The notes: generated by a model not told the origin, from the letters alone. A stretch of DNA of 64,000 nt from Mobula hypostoma (GCF_963921235.1 NC_086108.1:25854001-25918000), one strand, 5' to 3'. Positions 12,501-26,965 are shown, counted from the stretch's first letter. Program-made: numbers and translations.

Positions 12501-13633
12501 TCACCCCCTGCAGTACTCACTTTATACTTCTGCATATATGTTGAAGTACAAACCACTGAATGGGGAGACATACAATCTAGCAATTGTTTGTATTATTCCC
12601 AACTGAGCTTAGTGAGTTCAGAATCAATTCTTGAACTAAAATTTAAGGAATGAAAAGTTCAAAGGTTCATTTTATTATTACGGTATACAACTCTGAAATT
12701 ATTCAATTCTCCAAGTTATACAGAAGTTAAACAGAAATTGATTCAATATTGCCTCAACATCACTACTCTATTGTTCTGGATTGTAGCTTACATCAGAAGA
12801 TATTTCAATGGGAAGATACAAGGTATATTTCAATTCAATACAATTATGCCATAAATTGCATCCAGGAGAAGCATTAATTTTCAAGGGTGCAAAATGCTGT
12901 TAATGGCATAATAAATATGTGCTCCTCTTTATGTCCAATTCCTAGCAGTTTATTTGAATATTTTTAAATATTTCTCCAGGAGTTTGAAGCTGGTAAGTTG
13001 TTTCACCAGGTAGATTCTCCTTTAATTAATGTCATGATGATAAGCATTATCATGTTGCAATTTTTTTTAAGAAGCAGCTAAATTAGATAAAAATACTAAT
13101 GCTTCAGTAAAATCTGTCAAGGGACTGTGAAATGCTGTGTGACAATGGGATGAGTTTGCATTCTTTCACATTTGGAAATTGGGTTCAATACGGTCAGAAT
13201 GGTGAAATGAAAATCTCTTCTCTCTGCATGTCGTACAATGTCAATCCAATTTGCCTGAACTTCAGCAATTTTGAAATTGAATCCCACTCTTTCTTGTTTG
13301 GTGTTTAGTGGGTCCCATGGCGGTCTCAGAAAGATTTTAAATCAGTGGAAGTCAACACCAGTAGTTTGGAAGCTGATATGAAGCTGAAATGAGGAATTTC
13401 CATGAAGAACAAAGCAAATTCAGAAACATGGACCTGAGAGCAATATGAATAACTATTGGATTCCTAGATGTAACTTTGAGAAAGCTGGTCTATAGACTAT
13501 AAAGTTTTATATTACAATCATTAGGGTTACAGATATTCACCATTGCAGAGTTCACAAATCAACATGCAAAAAAGGGAGTATGGAGTAAAACTGGATCTTA
13601 AGGAATTTGTTGGGGGAGAAAAGTAAATAAATA

Positions 13634-13860
13634 GACACAAACAAAATGCTGGAGGAACTCAGCAGGTCAGGCAGCATCGATGGAGAGGAGGTTTAAAAAA
13701 TAATAATGCTTCAGGCTGAGATCTTTTATCAAGACCTGATGAAATATCTCAGTCTGAAATGTCAACTCTTTATTCCTCTCCATAGATGCTGCCTGGCCTG
13801 CTCAGTTCCTCTAGCATTTTGTGTGTGTTCATCTGTATTTCCAGCATCTACAGGATCTCT
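13634..13860. mobile_element. Inverted (head-to-head) pair of Penelope-like terminal repeats
   Basis: 13634-13735 is the approximate reverse complement of 13736-13828; junction ...TCAAGAC|CTGATGAA... Confidence 0.75.
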
Positions 13861-14409
13861 TCTCTTCTTAAATTGTTATGATTCTTTTTAACTTGCATAT
13901 CTTGCAGCTTGCATTATGGAAAATTACGATACTGATCTTTCACTAGGAACACAAGCTACTCCTTGGGACATCATGCTGCATTTGTACCGAACATTGCTTA
14001 GACTTTACTGAGACTATTGTGTAGAGTTCTGGTAGAAAGCTTGTGGTAGCAAGAGAGATTGCATAGAAGATGTGCTCATACAGTGTCTCCCTTGCCATGA
14101 AAATCTGCAAAGTGAGCTCCAGCTGTATCTCAGTTAAGTGGTCCAGCTTCTCCTCACCTATTGCACTTATCATGGAAGCACGATGCACTACAACACAAAT
14201 CATTAGGAGATGGAGTAAAAGTTAGAAGTAATCCACAATAAATACAATATGAGGTGAATAACATTTGCAATCTCTCCTTTTTCTTTCTTGGATGAATGGT
14301 GGAACTCCAATCCATCAGAGTTCATACGCAAATAGATAAGCCCTCAAATTTCTTTCTATGCATATTTCATGGGTTATGTCTGATTTAATGTACTGTGGGT
14401 GAGTGAATG

Positions 14410-14745
14410 GTGTGGTAGTGTAATGGTTAAATTACTGGTCTACATTAAAATTTGAGTTAGGCTTGACTAACTTACATTCAAACTTCACCAATGCATTGGG
14501 TAAGTTAAAATCTGTCATGAAACAAACCTGAAATTGAAAATTTATCAACAAAAATGTCAAGCACTGGGTTTTTGTAAAGGAAGCATATCATTTAATCTTA
14601 ACGTTGAGGGAAGAAATCCATTATCCTTCATTATCTGATGTAGAAGTGGCTCAAGACCGACAGGTCAACTTATAACTTCCTTCTGAAATGGCTGAGCGAG
14701 GTATTAAATTCAGGGGCAACTAGGGATTGGTAATAAATAGTCATT
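14410..14745 (+). mobile_element. Old, degenerate tRNA-derived SINE
   Basis: A-box-like GGTAGTGTAATGGT; 3' part CTGAAATGGC...TTCAGGGGCAACTAGGGATTGG resembles a common shark/ray SINE (from recall). Confidence 0.5.
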
Positions 14746-15774
14746 CTAAGTAAGCATTTAGCATAACCATATTAAGATGTCATATGGAGTTTTCCTTCAA
14801 AGTGTCTTTCTGTATCATGACATAATAATAATAGCAATCTCTTCAGTAATTCACAATGCCTTCCGGTTCTAAATTGTCCAATGATCTATTTGGTATGTAC
14901 TGTTACATGAAAGTGCTTTCTATCCAGCTTAGTGTCAGTCACTGCAGCTTGGTATATTGATGACTGAAGGCAAAGGGTAGGGAGAAAATGCTCTTTTCCC
15001 CTTACCCATTTATTGGAGTCTCTGACTTTAACCTGACACCACTTCGGCGAAAGCTTCTCTGTGGATATCATGGCCTGCTGGAGCTCGAGTTGAAAACAGA
15101 TGCAAGAGGTTTGGCACAGTAGGCATTAGTCAGAACAGCTGAAAAATCAAATGCTTTTGACATCACTTTAAACAATGCTCCTGGATCCATCAGAATAATC
15201 CTGTTATACTCCTTGACAACTCATGCACTGCTGTCATTAAACACAATCATTACAATATCCTGAACAGCTTGACAAGCTGCAATCTACAAACCCAATGCTA
15301 ACCCCATCCTTTCTCTTCTCCATAGCTGTAAGGACCAGGCAGTAAGAAAAAGAACATTATTGTTTGCTGAGGCATATTCAGGAGTGAGTTACACTTGACT
15401 GAATCAATCCTGCTGGGCACCCATTGACAGGTCCACCCTGTCTCGACTCCAACTGAGCATTGTTCTGCCAGATGACGTACACTGAAATCCAGAAATGGAG
15501 ATTATAGACCTAGAGTGACAGGTTTATTATGAACAACCAATTGGAGATTACACCAGCATGAGAAAAAGGAGAATAAAACATGTACTTATTGCATAATGGA
15601 TAGAATTTAGAAATGGGGAAGCGTTGTAACAATTGTTCAGTATACTTTTGTGGTCATGCCCAGAGTACTGTGCACAATTTTAGTTTGTGTATTTAAGAAA
15701 AGATGCACTAATAGTGGAGGCAGTACTCCATAAGAGATTCACTGGGCTAATTACTGAAATATCGGTTTCAACGT

Positions 15775-16290
15775 ACATTCAAAATATGTGTACATTACAA
15801 CCTTGAGATTTGTCTCCTAACAGGCAGCCATGAAACAAAGAAACCCAAAAGAACCCATTAAAAAAAAGAAAATTGTCAAACACCCAATGTGCAGAGAGAA
15901 GAAAAACAAATCGTGCAAAAATAAATGCAAGCAAATAACATTCTGAACTGAAGTCCACAAAGGGAGTCTGCCCACAGACCCTTAGTTCAGCACAGAGGGG
16001 AGCAGTGAGTTGAACCAGCCTGTCCCTCCCTTCGGGCCCAGACACCCTGACTTTTTCAATCTGACCCGGCAACTAAATTGTGATCCAAACGTTGGGCTCT
16101 TCGATATGCTCTGGGGCCTGGACCCTGCCACCTCGATCCAGCCTGTACCCGTCCTTTCTGATTTGGCCCAGCTCTTACATTAATCAAATCTCAGGTCTTG
16201 CTCGCTCTTGGCAACAGGCCTGCTGCCTCACCTCAGATCAATCGTGCCACACAAAATTGCCTCCAAGTTCAAAGGGAAGTCACAGGGAAA
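15775..16290 (-). mobile_element. Non-autonomous retroposon with Rex1-like 3' tail
   Basis: Near-copy at 18835-19160 (CAACCTTGAGATTTGTCTCCT...ACAAAGAAAC...AACCCATTAAAAAA); non-coding. Confidence 0.55.
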
Positions 16291-16419
16291 TAAGTTCTAA
16301 TGATTGTTTTACCCTATCAGAGAACTTAAGGAAATTAGATCCATATTCTTTGGAGTCTGGAATAATGAAAAGTGATCTTACTGAAACATAAACCCAAAAG
16401 GGGCATGGTGCATTCCTTT

Positions 16420-17535
16420 CTGCACTGCTCATTCAAGTATCAGTCAAGATAGCTCTTAAATGATGCTACTGTTCCTGTCTCCATCACCTCCTCTGGTAGA
16501 TTATTCCACTAATCAACTACATGTTGTTTAAATACGTGGTCCTTAGATCTCCTTTAAACCTTCTCCCTCTCACCTTAAACCTCTGACAACCAGTTTTAGA
16601 TAAGCATAACACAGTATATGGGCTATATACGTGTATATAGGTACTTACAGGAAACTCTCATAATTTTATGCACCTCTATTATGTCACCTCAATTGCTCTA
16701 GATTTAGCCGATCCAGTCTCTCCTAATATTCCCAAGCCCTCCAATCCATATAATATCCTAATGAATCCTTTACACTCCTGCTCTCACTTAACCACAACCA
16801 TCATAATATATTGTAACCAGAACTACAGTATCATGTAAAAGTCTTAGGCATGTATTTGTCAACATGGAGCAGAGAGTGAGTTTATTAATCTGGCAGGAGC
16901 AAAGGAATTTGGGAAGGATGTGGGACAGGTGGCAGAGGATTACCAGGGGTGGCGGGGGTGGCACAGGTGCAGACACACCCAGCCCTGAGACACCAGGCAA
17001 GGTCACTTGGTTCCAACCAATTGGTTTATTGATTGTTACAGAATATTTTGCAGGTGCTTCCCGCTCCCTTCCCTTTTCCTTTCCCTTTCCCCAACCATGA
17101 TTCCCTTCTCCCTGCCCCCTTTCCACTTCCAGTCCACAACAGAGACTCACATCAAGATCAGGTTTATTTGTTTTTTTATATAGCAGCAGCAGTACAGTGC
17201 AATAGATAAAATTACTACATTAATGAGCAAAGGTCTTTGGCACCCTAACTATATATATGTGGCAAAGACTTTTGCATAGTACTATGCATACAATACACCA
17301 AGTATTGCCCTACTACTATTTCGTACAATTGCAATATAACATCCCAACTTCTATACTCAGAGCTTTGGCTAATGAAGTAAATGAGGTCATACAGGTTCCT
17401 TACCATCCTGTCTGACTGTTTTCTCAATTTCTTGGAACTATGTACTTGTATCCCAAGGTCTGGCTGTCCATAAAGTCTGTCACTCCCTAGGGCACAGCCA
17501 TTCTCAATGTATGCCCTGCTCTGGGTTAATTAACC
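16420..17535 (-). mobile_element. Degenerate CR1 3' fragment hosting a MITE
   Basis: CR1-like sequence on both sides of 16826-17284 (ORF 17245..17427: SSEYRSWDVILQLYEIVVGQYLVYC). Confidence 0.65.
16826..17284. mobile_element. Tc1/mariner-like MITE
   Basis: Left end TA|CAGTATCATGTAAAAGTCTTAGGCA; right end GGCAAAGACTTTTGCATAGTACTA is its degenerate reverse complement; extra internal TIR copy at ~17215-17243. Confidence 0.6.
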
Positions 17536-17539
17536 AGGA

Positions 17540-17770
17540 ATTGCTTCTTGCAGAGGACGGTGAATCTCTGGGTGTGGAAGTTAGATTACTGGAGTACTTA
17601 AAGTTGAGATAGATACATTTTTGAGAGATCACGGGACTGAGGGCTTCGAAAACTGTCACGGAAGAGAAGTTGAGACCTATGGCAGATTAGCAATGATCAG
17701 ATTGAATGACAAGTTCGGTTTGAGGAACTGAGTGGCCCAATCCTACTCCTATTTACTTGTGTCTTCACAT
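17540..17770 (+). mobile_element. CR1 3' end fragment
   Basis: Reads RNCFLQRTVNLW...LKVEIDTFL, followed by a CR1-like 3' UTR. Confidence 0.6.
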
Positions 17771-17914
17771 TCCTATAGTACCCCTTTCACAACCTCAGGA
17801 TATTTCAAACCACATTACAGTCTTGAATTAATACTACCTATCTAATGCCGATCTGAAACTCAATTGAAACTGCTCGGTTGCATGTCTCTTTGAAACCAAT
17901 GCTCACCAGCACAG

Positions 17915-18090
17915 CAAAAACACCAAAGGTTCTGCAGATTCTGAGCAGCATACACCAAGTGCTGGAGGAACTTCACAATGAAGGTTTTCAATGAAGATTT
18001 TTTTTCCCCAAAACATCGACTGTTCAGTCACTTCTGTTGATGCTGCATGACCTGCTGAATTGCGCCAACACTTTGTGTGGATGTTGCTCA
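17915..18090. mobile_element. Degenerate inverted pair of Penelope-like terminal repeats
   Basis: TCTGCAGAT...GCTGGAGGAACT, then in the opposite orientation ATGAAG...AAACATCGACTG...GATGCTGCATGACCTGCTGA. Confidence 0.55.
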
Positions 18091-19844
18091 CCAGCATAGA
18101 ATGGATTTCAACTTAGGACCCAGAAGTACATCACATTGTTTATCTTTCCCAGTAAAATCATCCTGAATATGTCCTTCCGCGTAGCAGGAACCATTGGAGT
18201 GTAAACCCTGTTGGTGTGAAGGAAATGTAGTAATGATATTGCTCACAGCAAACTTCCAAAAACAATGGGATCATGATTAAGTCGTCTTTTCTTATGATGT
18301 TGATTGGGAGATGAATAATGGTAAGGAGAACACTAATAATACTTCTGCTTGTCTTCATAATACAGTTCTTTGTCTTAAAAATTATAGCAATTGGTTTAAT
18401 ACATCACCCAAATAATGTGGAAATTTCTTTTGTCCTGTTGTGGATTAAAATGCCAACATCTGTTAAAATGAAGGACTTTTCACGCCCAACCAGCTCCGTT
18501 GGATGAGCCACATTTTAGCATCATAGAGTCCTTCAGCATGGAAGCAAGCCTTTCAGCCCACCAAGTCTGCACTGGCCATTAATCACTCATCTGGTCATAA
18601 TTCTACACTAATTCATGTTATTCTCCCTACACCCCTGCAATTCAGAGTGGCCAGTTAACATTCCACACATCTTTGGGATACAGATGGAATCATGGTCACA
18701 GTGAATGATGTGCAAACTGCACACAGTTAGCTTGGGAGGTCAGAATTGAACCCATATTTCTGGAACTGTGAGGCAAGATATTTCTGGTGGACATAGATGA
18801 AATATCAAATTAATACTCACTGACTCATCGAACAAAGCACAAAGTATATTTATTATCAACCTTGAGATTTGTCTCCTTACAGACAGCCACAAAACAAAGA
18901 AACTCAATCGAACCCATTAAAAAAGAAAATCAAACATCAATGCGCAGAAAAAAAAACAAATCATGCAAAAAATAAAAGTAAGCAACTAACATTCAGACCT
19001 GCAGTTCACAAAAGTGAGTCAACAGCCACTAAGCCAGTCATTATGGCAGCTGGCCCAGGAGCCTGTTAGTTGCAAACCACAGCCTCAGTTCAGCGCAGAG
19101 ATGAGTAAATTTCACCAAGTAGTGAGCTGAATACCAGCTCTTCTCTTGCTTCCGGCCCTTCTTGAATACTCCTTGCCAATTCATAGGAATTCTCAGCTAA
19201 TAAAAGTCCAAACTGCAGAAAGACATTGAACCTCTCTGGTCTCTATGTTAATTGCAAGGAGGCCAAGCACAAGCAACAGAAGGAGCTCATGCCATCCTAA
19301 ACAGCCCAGCCTACTCTCTATTCCATTCAAACATGTCCAGTCCTAACACTGGCATTTGTAGACAATATCTTGCAGGACAATGAGGAAAAAAGTAGAAAAT
19401 TAAACATTATGGATTGTTCTATAAAAGTTATGAGAGGAATTACTCTTGAAATAGTTTTAATTCTGGACTCCCTGATTCTGAAGGATTAGGAATTATTTGT
19501 ACCTTCACAGACAAAGGAAATATGTGATGTAGGCTCAAGAAAAAGCAATTACTGCTGACATGATTATTATGTCTACACAGTAGATGACTCAGAATCTGGT
19601 TGCAGATAAAACCAAAGGTGATAGGGCTCATTATACTAACTAGCAATTGCTGGGTCCATTGAAATCAAATCACAGAACACAAGAAATCAACATAATGAAT
19701 TGTATAGTTAGCTATGTTGAGGAGATTTACTTTAGGTTAAGCTAAGATTTCACAACAGCTCACCTTTGAACTGTTACTGTGATTATGTTTTAGGGCAAGT
19801 CATTAAAATACTGCAAAAAGAGATAGTAATTTATTATTAACTGC

Positions 19845-20775
19845 TTTGGGGTGCATGGCTGCACTGCTAGATCCAGTTTAAACTGAATCATCAGCTTCAC
19901 TGATGACACAACGGCGAATGGCCTCATCAACGACGACAACGAGTCGGCGTGTAGAGAGGATGTAGAGTGGCTGGTAGAACGGTGTGAGCACAGCAGTTTG
20001 AGTCACCACGTGGACAAGACGAAAGAGATGATTGTGGACTTTAGGAAGGTGCAGATGCACATATACAGCTGCTCCCTGGAGAGAGTTAGGGGTACCAAGT
20101 TTCTGCAAGTGCGCAAAACAGACAATCTCAACAGGTCCATCAACACTATCTCTTTGGTCAAGAAAGCGCAGCAGCGGCTCCTCTTCCTGAGGACATTGAG
20201 GTAAGTCTGGCTTCACTCCCCCACCCTCCATTCTAGCCATTGAGCACCATCGGGAGTATCCCGACCAGCTGCATTACTGCCTGGTCACCTGGAAAGGGAA
20301 TTGCAAAGCATCTGACCACAAGTCCTACAGACTGCTGAGAGGATCATTATTGTCTCTCTTCCACCCATCAGAGATATTTATTGGGAGTGCTGTGTACGTA
20401 GGGCCCTTAGCATTATCATTCATCCCTCCCATCTGTCCAACAATCTCTTTAAACTTCTACCATCAGTAACCATAACCATATAACCATATAACAATTACTG
20501 TCTTATCAGGACAAGAACTGTTTGAATGGGAAATAGCCTCTTCTTCCAGGCTGTAAGTCTACTGAACTCCCTACCACCACCTCAGTCTCATCACACATGA
20601 AGCGTCAGTAGCATTATAATGTTCACTTTTTAACTTGTGTCGTAAATACACTTGTGATTTGTTAATTTACTCGTGGTAATATTAGTTTATGTATAATGTG
20701 TGTGAGTTATAGGTACTGTGTTGTGCACCTTGGTGCAGAGGAAAGTTGTTTCATTTGGCAGTATACATGCTTATT
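19845..20775 (+). mobile_element. Rex1/Babar LINE 3' part
   Basis: FTDDT-like RT motif, KTKEMIVDFRK, KKAQQRLLFLRTL and 3' UTR. Confidence 0.8.
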
Positions 20776-23700
20776 AAAGAGGACAGATTTTTCTTTCTTC
20801 AGGAATAATGAAATTTATGGATGTTTAATTGGCATAATCCCAAAATTTGTCCCAAGGGTAACAAGTCTCTTTGGGCATCACTCCTCAATTCATTCATTCT
20901 TTCCTAGTATTCAACATATATTTGTTTGTGTGTATATATATATATATATAATATAAACTACTATTCATTGTGTTGCTGATAAATCTCGATTGAAAGGTTC
21001 TTTTGCATCAAAGGCTACCAAAGAGTTTCACTTCAGTAATTTTAACGCTTAATTTTATTCTCAGTTAACAGGCATTGTTTCCAGGGTCGCCCCTGAATTG
21101 AAAACCATTCTGCCTCCATAGTATATCACTATTCTTCATTAATAGTTAGTGTTAATCCAGAAACACTCAGCAATAATGGTCATGTATTTCACAAAGTCTT
21201 ATTTACAACATGTGAAATATTAAGTAATCTAATGACGCCATATGGGCAGACATGATGGGCCAAGTGGCCCAATTCTGCTCCTAAGATTTATGGATTATAT
21301 TTATGTGCTCATATAGGCCTCACATTCAAACTGTAATGTCAAGGAGAGGCAGAGTAAGGCATCTCTAAGTTTCTCAGCCAAAGCATCATTATATTCATGG
21401 CTAACATCTCAATAAATAATGAATGTTTTAAAAATATACTGACATATACATAAAATATTCTGAATTATTCTATTTCAATGACAAAAATATCTATTAATTC
21501 TTTTACAGATTGTGTTAATTATGCTACGAGGAGCAGAGGGTAATATGTTTGCACATATACTATTATTTGACATGGGATAATCAACATCTTGTTGAAAGCT
21601 GTTTAATTAGTGAAGGCATCGTATACCAAAAATAAACCAGTTTCTAGTCTGATCACAACTATTCTGATGGTGAATAAACTGAAGAAGGAATGAGGGAAAA
21701 GTTTAATTATGTACATTTTTGCCAGTAAATGAAATATTTTGTTTTCTTATTCTAATACCCTGTATCAACGTCAAAAACTCTGAAACCGGAATACAACTCA
21801 TGGACAGGGAGATGAGCATATTTATTAGTTGCTCATTGGAGCACCCCTTAATGCACCAGTACAATGTTTACTGTACTTCCTATCATAGCAACCTTGTAGT
21901 TTGGAGTATTGCTGTTAATTTAAAAATTAGTACAAATTATATTAGTTCAATTAGATTAGTCCAATTAGTTCAGACCCACTTATTAAAGAAGCTGATGCCC
22001 ATGTATTTATGACCCAAGACCCAATAGTGAAAGTTATAATTTTAATTTTTACTATGTTGTCATCTTGAAAATATCTTTCTGTGCTTCAAGAAATAATTAA
22101 ACATGATAAACATGAATGAATCTTAGTACAAGTGTTTTCCCAGTCACACTAGGAAGATCAAATCGTGATGTATCATATTTGCTGCAACTACCATCTTGAA
22201 TGAACAAAAATCTTGGTCTCCAATTGGAAATGGATCTTGTATAAAAAGCCCATCAGAAAGTGGCTCCAGCTACAATGTCAAAGAAGCCAAAGAGGTCAAA
22301 ATCCAACAACAGAAACTTATAGCACAAAGGAGACCATTCAACTTAAGTTAGCCAAAAATACAAGCTACTTAGACTCACTGCAGTCATGGCCTTTGGTTCA
22401 AGGCCCTGTGTGTTTTTGGCGCATCAAGTGCACTTCAAGTTACATTTTAAATGGCAGTAGGGCTTATACTCCAACGCTGTTTCAGTCAGATTCCAGATTC
22501 ATGGCTGTCTTTGAGTAAAAGGATATTTTTCTCAATTTTCCGTTCACCTGTGTACTGTATTTACCTGTCTGTTGTGGGCCTTGGAATTTTCCTGGTTATC
22601 TAGACCTCTCAATATTCTATTTCATGGAATACAATCACAAATACAGATTTCTTCTCACAGAGGTTCCTCTGATCTGATAACATCCTCAGATGCTCCCTCC
22701 TGACCCTCCCTACTGCTGTCTACAGCATGCTAGTCAGAACATTAAACTATACCCTACCTGTGGTCAAGTGGTTGTTTTATATACAGTATATATTTATACT
22801 TTTCTTTTTGCATGACTGTATGTGTACCCATGAACTTGAGTGTGCTGTGTGCCTTATGCTATGTACCTTTTTCTTGGCTCCAGAGGAACGCTGGGTGTTT
22901 GGGTGTATTCATGTGTGGTTGAATGATAATTAAACTTGAACTTGATTTGAATTTTGATTTGATATTATATAAAAAAAATAAATATATGTACACATATTTA
23001 GATACACACATATTTAATAGTATCTTAATACAGTATGTATTTATATTATATAAATACATATTTAAAAATGCTAGAAATACCCAGTATGTAAGCTTATATC
23101 TCTGAGGAGAGAAGTGGAGATAACATATCAGCTCGGTGACCCATCGTTTGTTGTCTTGAATAGACTTATCATTTATTGTGTATTCCCAGTTCTCCTCAAA
23201 TAGTTTACCTTATACTTCTCTAAATTGATTTCCATTTGCCATATTTCTGTCCAAACGATATAGGTATTTTACTATTCACAGTTTTGTTCCTTGTCATCAG
23301 TTTTCTGGACACTTTTTCTGAAGTTGCACACTTCCAAATGATCCCTCCATCGACCAAATCACAGTACAGGGGACCATACACAATGCCCAGCAAACTTCAC
23401 TAAAAACAGCCTTCCAGTCAATAAAACAGTTGTTGACCAATTCCCTTGTGAGTTACTACTGAGTTAATATTAGCTTGCTTGACGCCGGCCCCCTAGGCCT
23501 GAGTCAACATAGTAGTCGTAGTAATATTAGTTCCACTGTGTACATTTCCTTTGATTGTATGGACTTCTGCTTCAGCCAATCGCGTCTGCCAGATTACACA
23601 AATGATGCAAATCCGCCAGACTTGCAGTGCTTCAAATCATGGAAAAGCTGATCCATATTTGGCAGAAAGAGGAAGTTGTATTGCACAACATCAGCACATT

Positions 23701-24535
23701 GATAAAAGGTAACTGAGATTATTTCAACTTTAAAACATGCTGAGTCATATACTGTATAAGAACTGATTTATCTCTTATGAATATCTATAAAGTATGTACA
23801 CTTCAAATGAATTCATACTTGGCGATATATATATATATATAAACATTCATGCTTATGAGTAAATCCATTTTATAATACATACACAATACAAACAATATGA
23901 TGAAATATTGACTTTGATTTGCTGATTTTGTTTTGTAAATATTGTTGAAATAATCACTTTTTCTCTCTTCCTGAAAACTACCTGTGGATCTAGTGCCTCA
24001 GAAGACATGTTACTTCTCTGCCTGATTTTCATCTCGCGGTCACCACCACCTCTGCTTCAATGCAGTTTCTTCATCTCCGCCTCTCCATTCTTATCCTTGC
24101 ACTGACTTGGTTGAATACAGCTCCAGCAATGACCAAGAAGCCCAAAAGTGGAGAAAGCAGCCTACTTGACTTGCATCTCATCCACCAATCACTCCCATTA
24201 CACTGCCACCCCTGCCTTTTGCCAATTGTTCCAATACTGCTGTTTTTAAACACTGGACAAAATTAATGGTTAAGAGTAAAATAATCCCTATTTCTTGCCC
24301 CAATGAAACCATATAGAAAGGAGACTGCAAATAGGCCTGAAAAATAACAGTATTGTGAAGTTAGCATCTCAGTTCTCAGGGCTCGCAGCTCTACAAAAGA
24401 GAACAATGCTGGGCAGAAGGTAGACAGATGACAAGTCCATTTCCCCCTCACCCACCAACATAAACATACACACACATAAAAGAAGTGACACAAAATTATA
24501 CTTAGAAATATTTTGATTCTTTCTTTAAACAGAAA

Positions 24536-25870
24536 TTCAGAATCAGAATCAGATTTATTATCCCTGGCACGTGATGTGAAATTTGTTAACTTAGCAGCAG
24601 CAGTTCAATGCAATACATAATCTAGCAGAAAAAAAAGATAATAATAATAAATAACTAAATCAATTACAGTCTACGTATAATCAATAGACTAAAAGTCGTG
24701 CAAACTACAGAAATACTATATATTTAAAAAAGGGAGGTAGTGTCCAAGGGTTCAATGTCAATTTAGAAATTGGATGACAGAGGGGAAGAAGCTGTTCTTG
24801 AATCACTGAGTATGTGCTTTCAGGCTTCTGTACGTCCTACCTGATGGTAACAGTGCGAAAAGCGCATGCCCTGGGTGCTGGAGGTCCTTAATAATGGACG
24901 CAGCCTTTCTGAGACACTGCTCCCTGAAGATGTCCTGGGTACTTTGTAGGCTAGTACCCAAGATGGAGCTGACTAGATTTACATACTTCTGCAGCTTCCT
25001 TTGGTCCTGTGTAGTAGCCCCCCCTCCCCCACCCCGCCGCAATAACAGACAGTGATGCAGCCGGTCGGAATGCTCTCCACTGTACATCTATAGAAGTTTT
25101 TGAGTATATTTGTTGACATGCCAAATCCCTTCAAACTCCTAATAAAGGATAGCTGCTGTTTTGCCTTCTTTATAACTGCATCAATATGTTGGGACCAGGT
25201 TAAATCCTTAGAGATCTTGACACCCAGGAACTTGAAAATGCTCACTCTCTCCACTTCTGATTCCTTTATGAGCATTAGTATGTGTTCCTTCGTCTTACCC
25301 TTCCTGAAGTCCACAATCAGCTCCTTCATCTTACTGACGTTGAGTGCAGGTTGTTGCTGTGACACCACTCCACTCGTTGGCTTATTTCACTCCTGTATGC
25401 CCTCTTGTCACCACCTGAGATTCTACCAACAATGGTTGTATTGTCAGCAAATTTATAGATGGTATTTGAGCTATGCTTAGCCACGCAGTCATGTGTATAG
25501 AGAGAGTAGAGCAATGGGCTAAGCACACACCCCTGAGGTGCACCAGTGTTGATCATCAGCAAGGAGAATATGTTATCACCAACGTGCACAGATTGTGGTC
25601 ATTTGGTTAGGAAGTCAAGGATCCAATTGCAGAGGGAGATATAGAGGCAACTTCAACAGTTCTCCAACTTTTCAATCAGGATTGTGGGAATGATGGTATT
25701 AAATGCTGAGCTATAATCGATGAACAGCATTCCTGACATGGGTGTTTGTGTTGTCCAGGTGATCTAAAGCTGTGTGGAGAGCCATTGAGATTGCATCTGC
25801 CATTGACCTATTGTGGCGATAGGCAAATTGCGATGGGTCCAGGTCCTTGCTGAGGCAGGGGCTCTCCTCA
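24536..25870 (-). mobile_element. Rex1/Babar LINE 3' part
   Basis: Reads NTGAPQGCVLSPLLYSLYTHDC...KFADNTT...KELIVDFRK...FKFLGV; AATAAA and (CTGATT)n tail. Confidence 0.9.
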
Positions 25871-26965
25871 TGAACTGCAACATACTGTATAGGAATGCCA
25901 TATTATTCTGTTGGTTGGTAATTTCTGTTTTTCTTTGACCAAACACTCAGGAAGAAGCAGCAGAGCATTCCGAGTCAGGTCAATGTAGAAACCTGCTGCC
26001 CCTGCCCATTGTGGCAGGTTTGGGGTGTTGTTCTGCTACAGGAAAATGCAACAGTTTGGAGAGAGTGGTTAGAGAATGAGATGCTGATCAAATGGGCTGC
26101 TTTATCCAGAGTTAGACTTCTTAGATCTTGTTATAGTTGCATTCATCCATGGAAGTGGAGAATGTTTCATCACACTCCTATTATGTGCTGAAGGAAATTA
26201 TGTAGTGAGCCACTGGCCACATGATATCCAACTTCAGAACTTCTTTGGCAGCTGCATGATTTATGTGGCTGTTTCCGTGATGTTTCCAGTTAATACTGAC
26301 AGCAGGATATTGTTTGTGTTGAGATTCAATGAAGGGAATGGCACTGAATGCAAGGGTGATTCGATAGACTTCACTTGTTCTATGTGATCATTCCCTGGCC
26401 CTTCTGTTGTACAAATGTTATCTTTGGTAAGCAGACCAAGGTGGGTCTTTTTCCAACGCTTATTTTGTGAGTGTGAGCTGAGGAGAGCAAATGCAAGTCA
26501 CACAGTTCAATCATCCTCAACTTAAGATGGAAGGAAGGCCATTGATGAAGGAGTGGAAGGTGGTTGGGGCTAAAATACTTTTTCATTCTTCTGAAACCCT
26601 GTAGAAATGTTTGTATGTTTTATGGACATCGCCTCCCATTTTGCTGAAATCAAGCAACAAATCAAGGGTCTAATTAATCTCTCCTCAAACTACAAAGCTG
26701 CCATCCCAGAAATCAATCCACAAGTAAATCCTTCCTTTGGTAAGGAGACCATCATAGTGAAAATTACATCTTTTTCTCTCTGGCAGTATTTCTACATATC
26801 AGTTGTCTTCCTCATTGACCACTGTACTTGTATTTACTCAAATGTATACACAGGACACTCTAAATCACAACACCTTCAATCTCTCACTGTTTAAAAAAAA
26901 CATTATGGCCTTTGAACTTCTCTCTGGAAATGGATGACCTCACATTTTTATGCTATACTTAATTT

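Noticed and set aside
18158..18506. Short hydrophobic ORFs on both strands
   Set aside because: No recognisable homology or splice-consistent frame; expected by chance in AT-rich DNA.
24071..24181. Minus-strand signal-peptide-like ORF (MRCKSSRLLSPLLGFLVIAGAVFNQVSA...) as an alternative ASTN1 first exon
   Set aside because: It stops after 36 codons, has no ASTN1 similarity, and its internal CAA|GTCAGT donor is phase 0 while the exon at 1793 needs phase 1.
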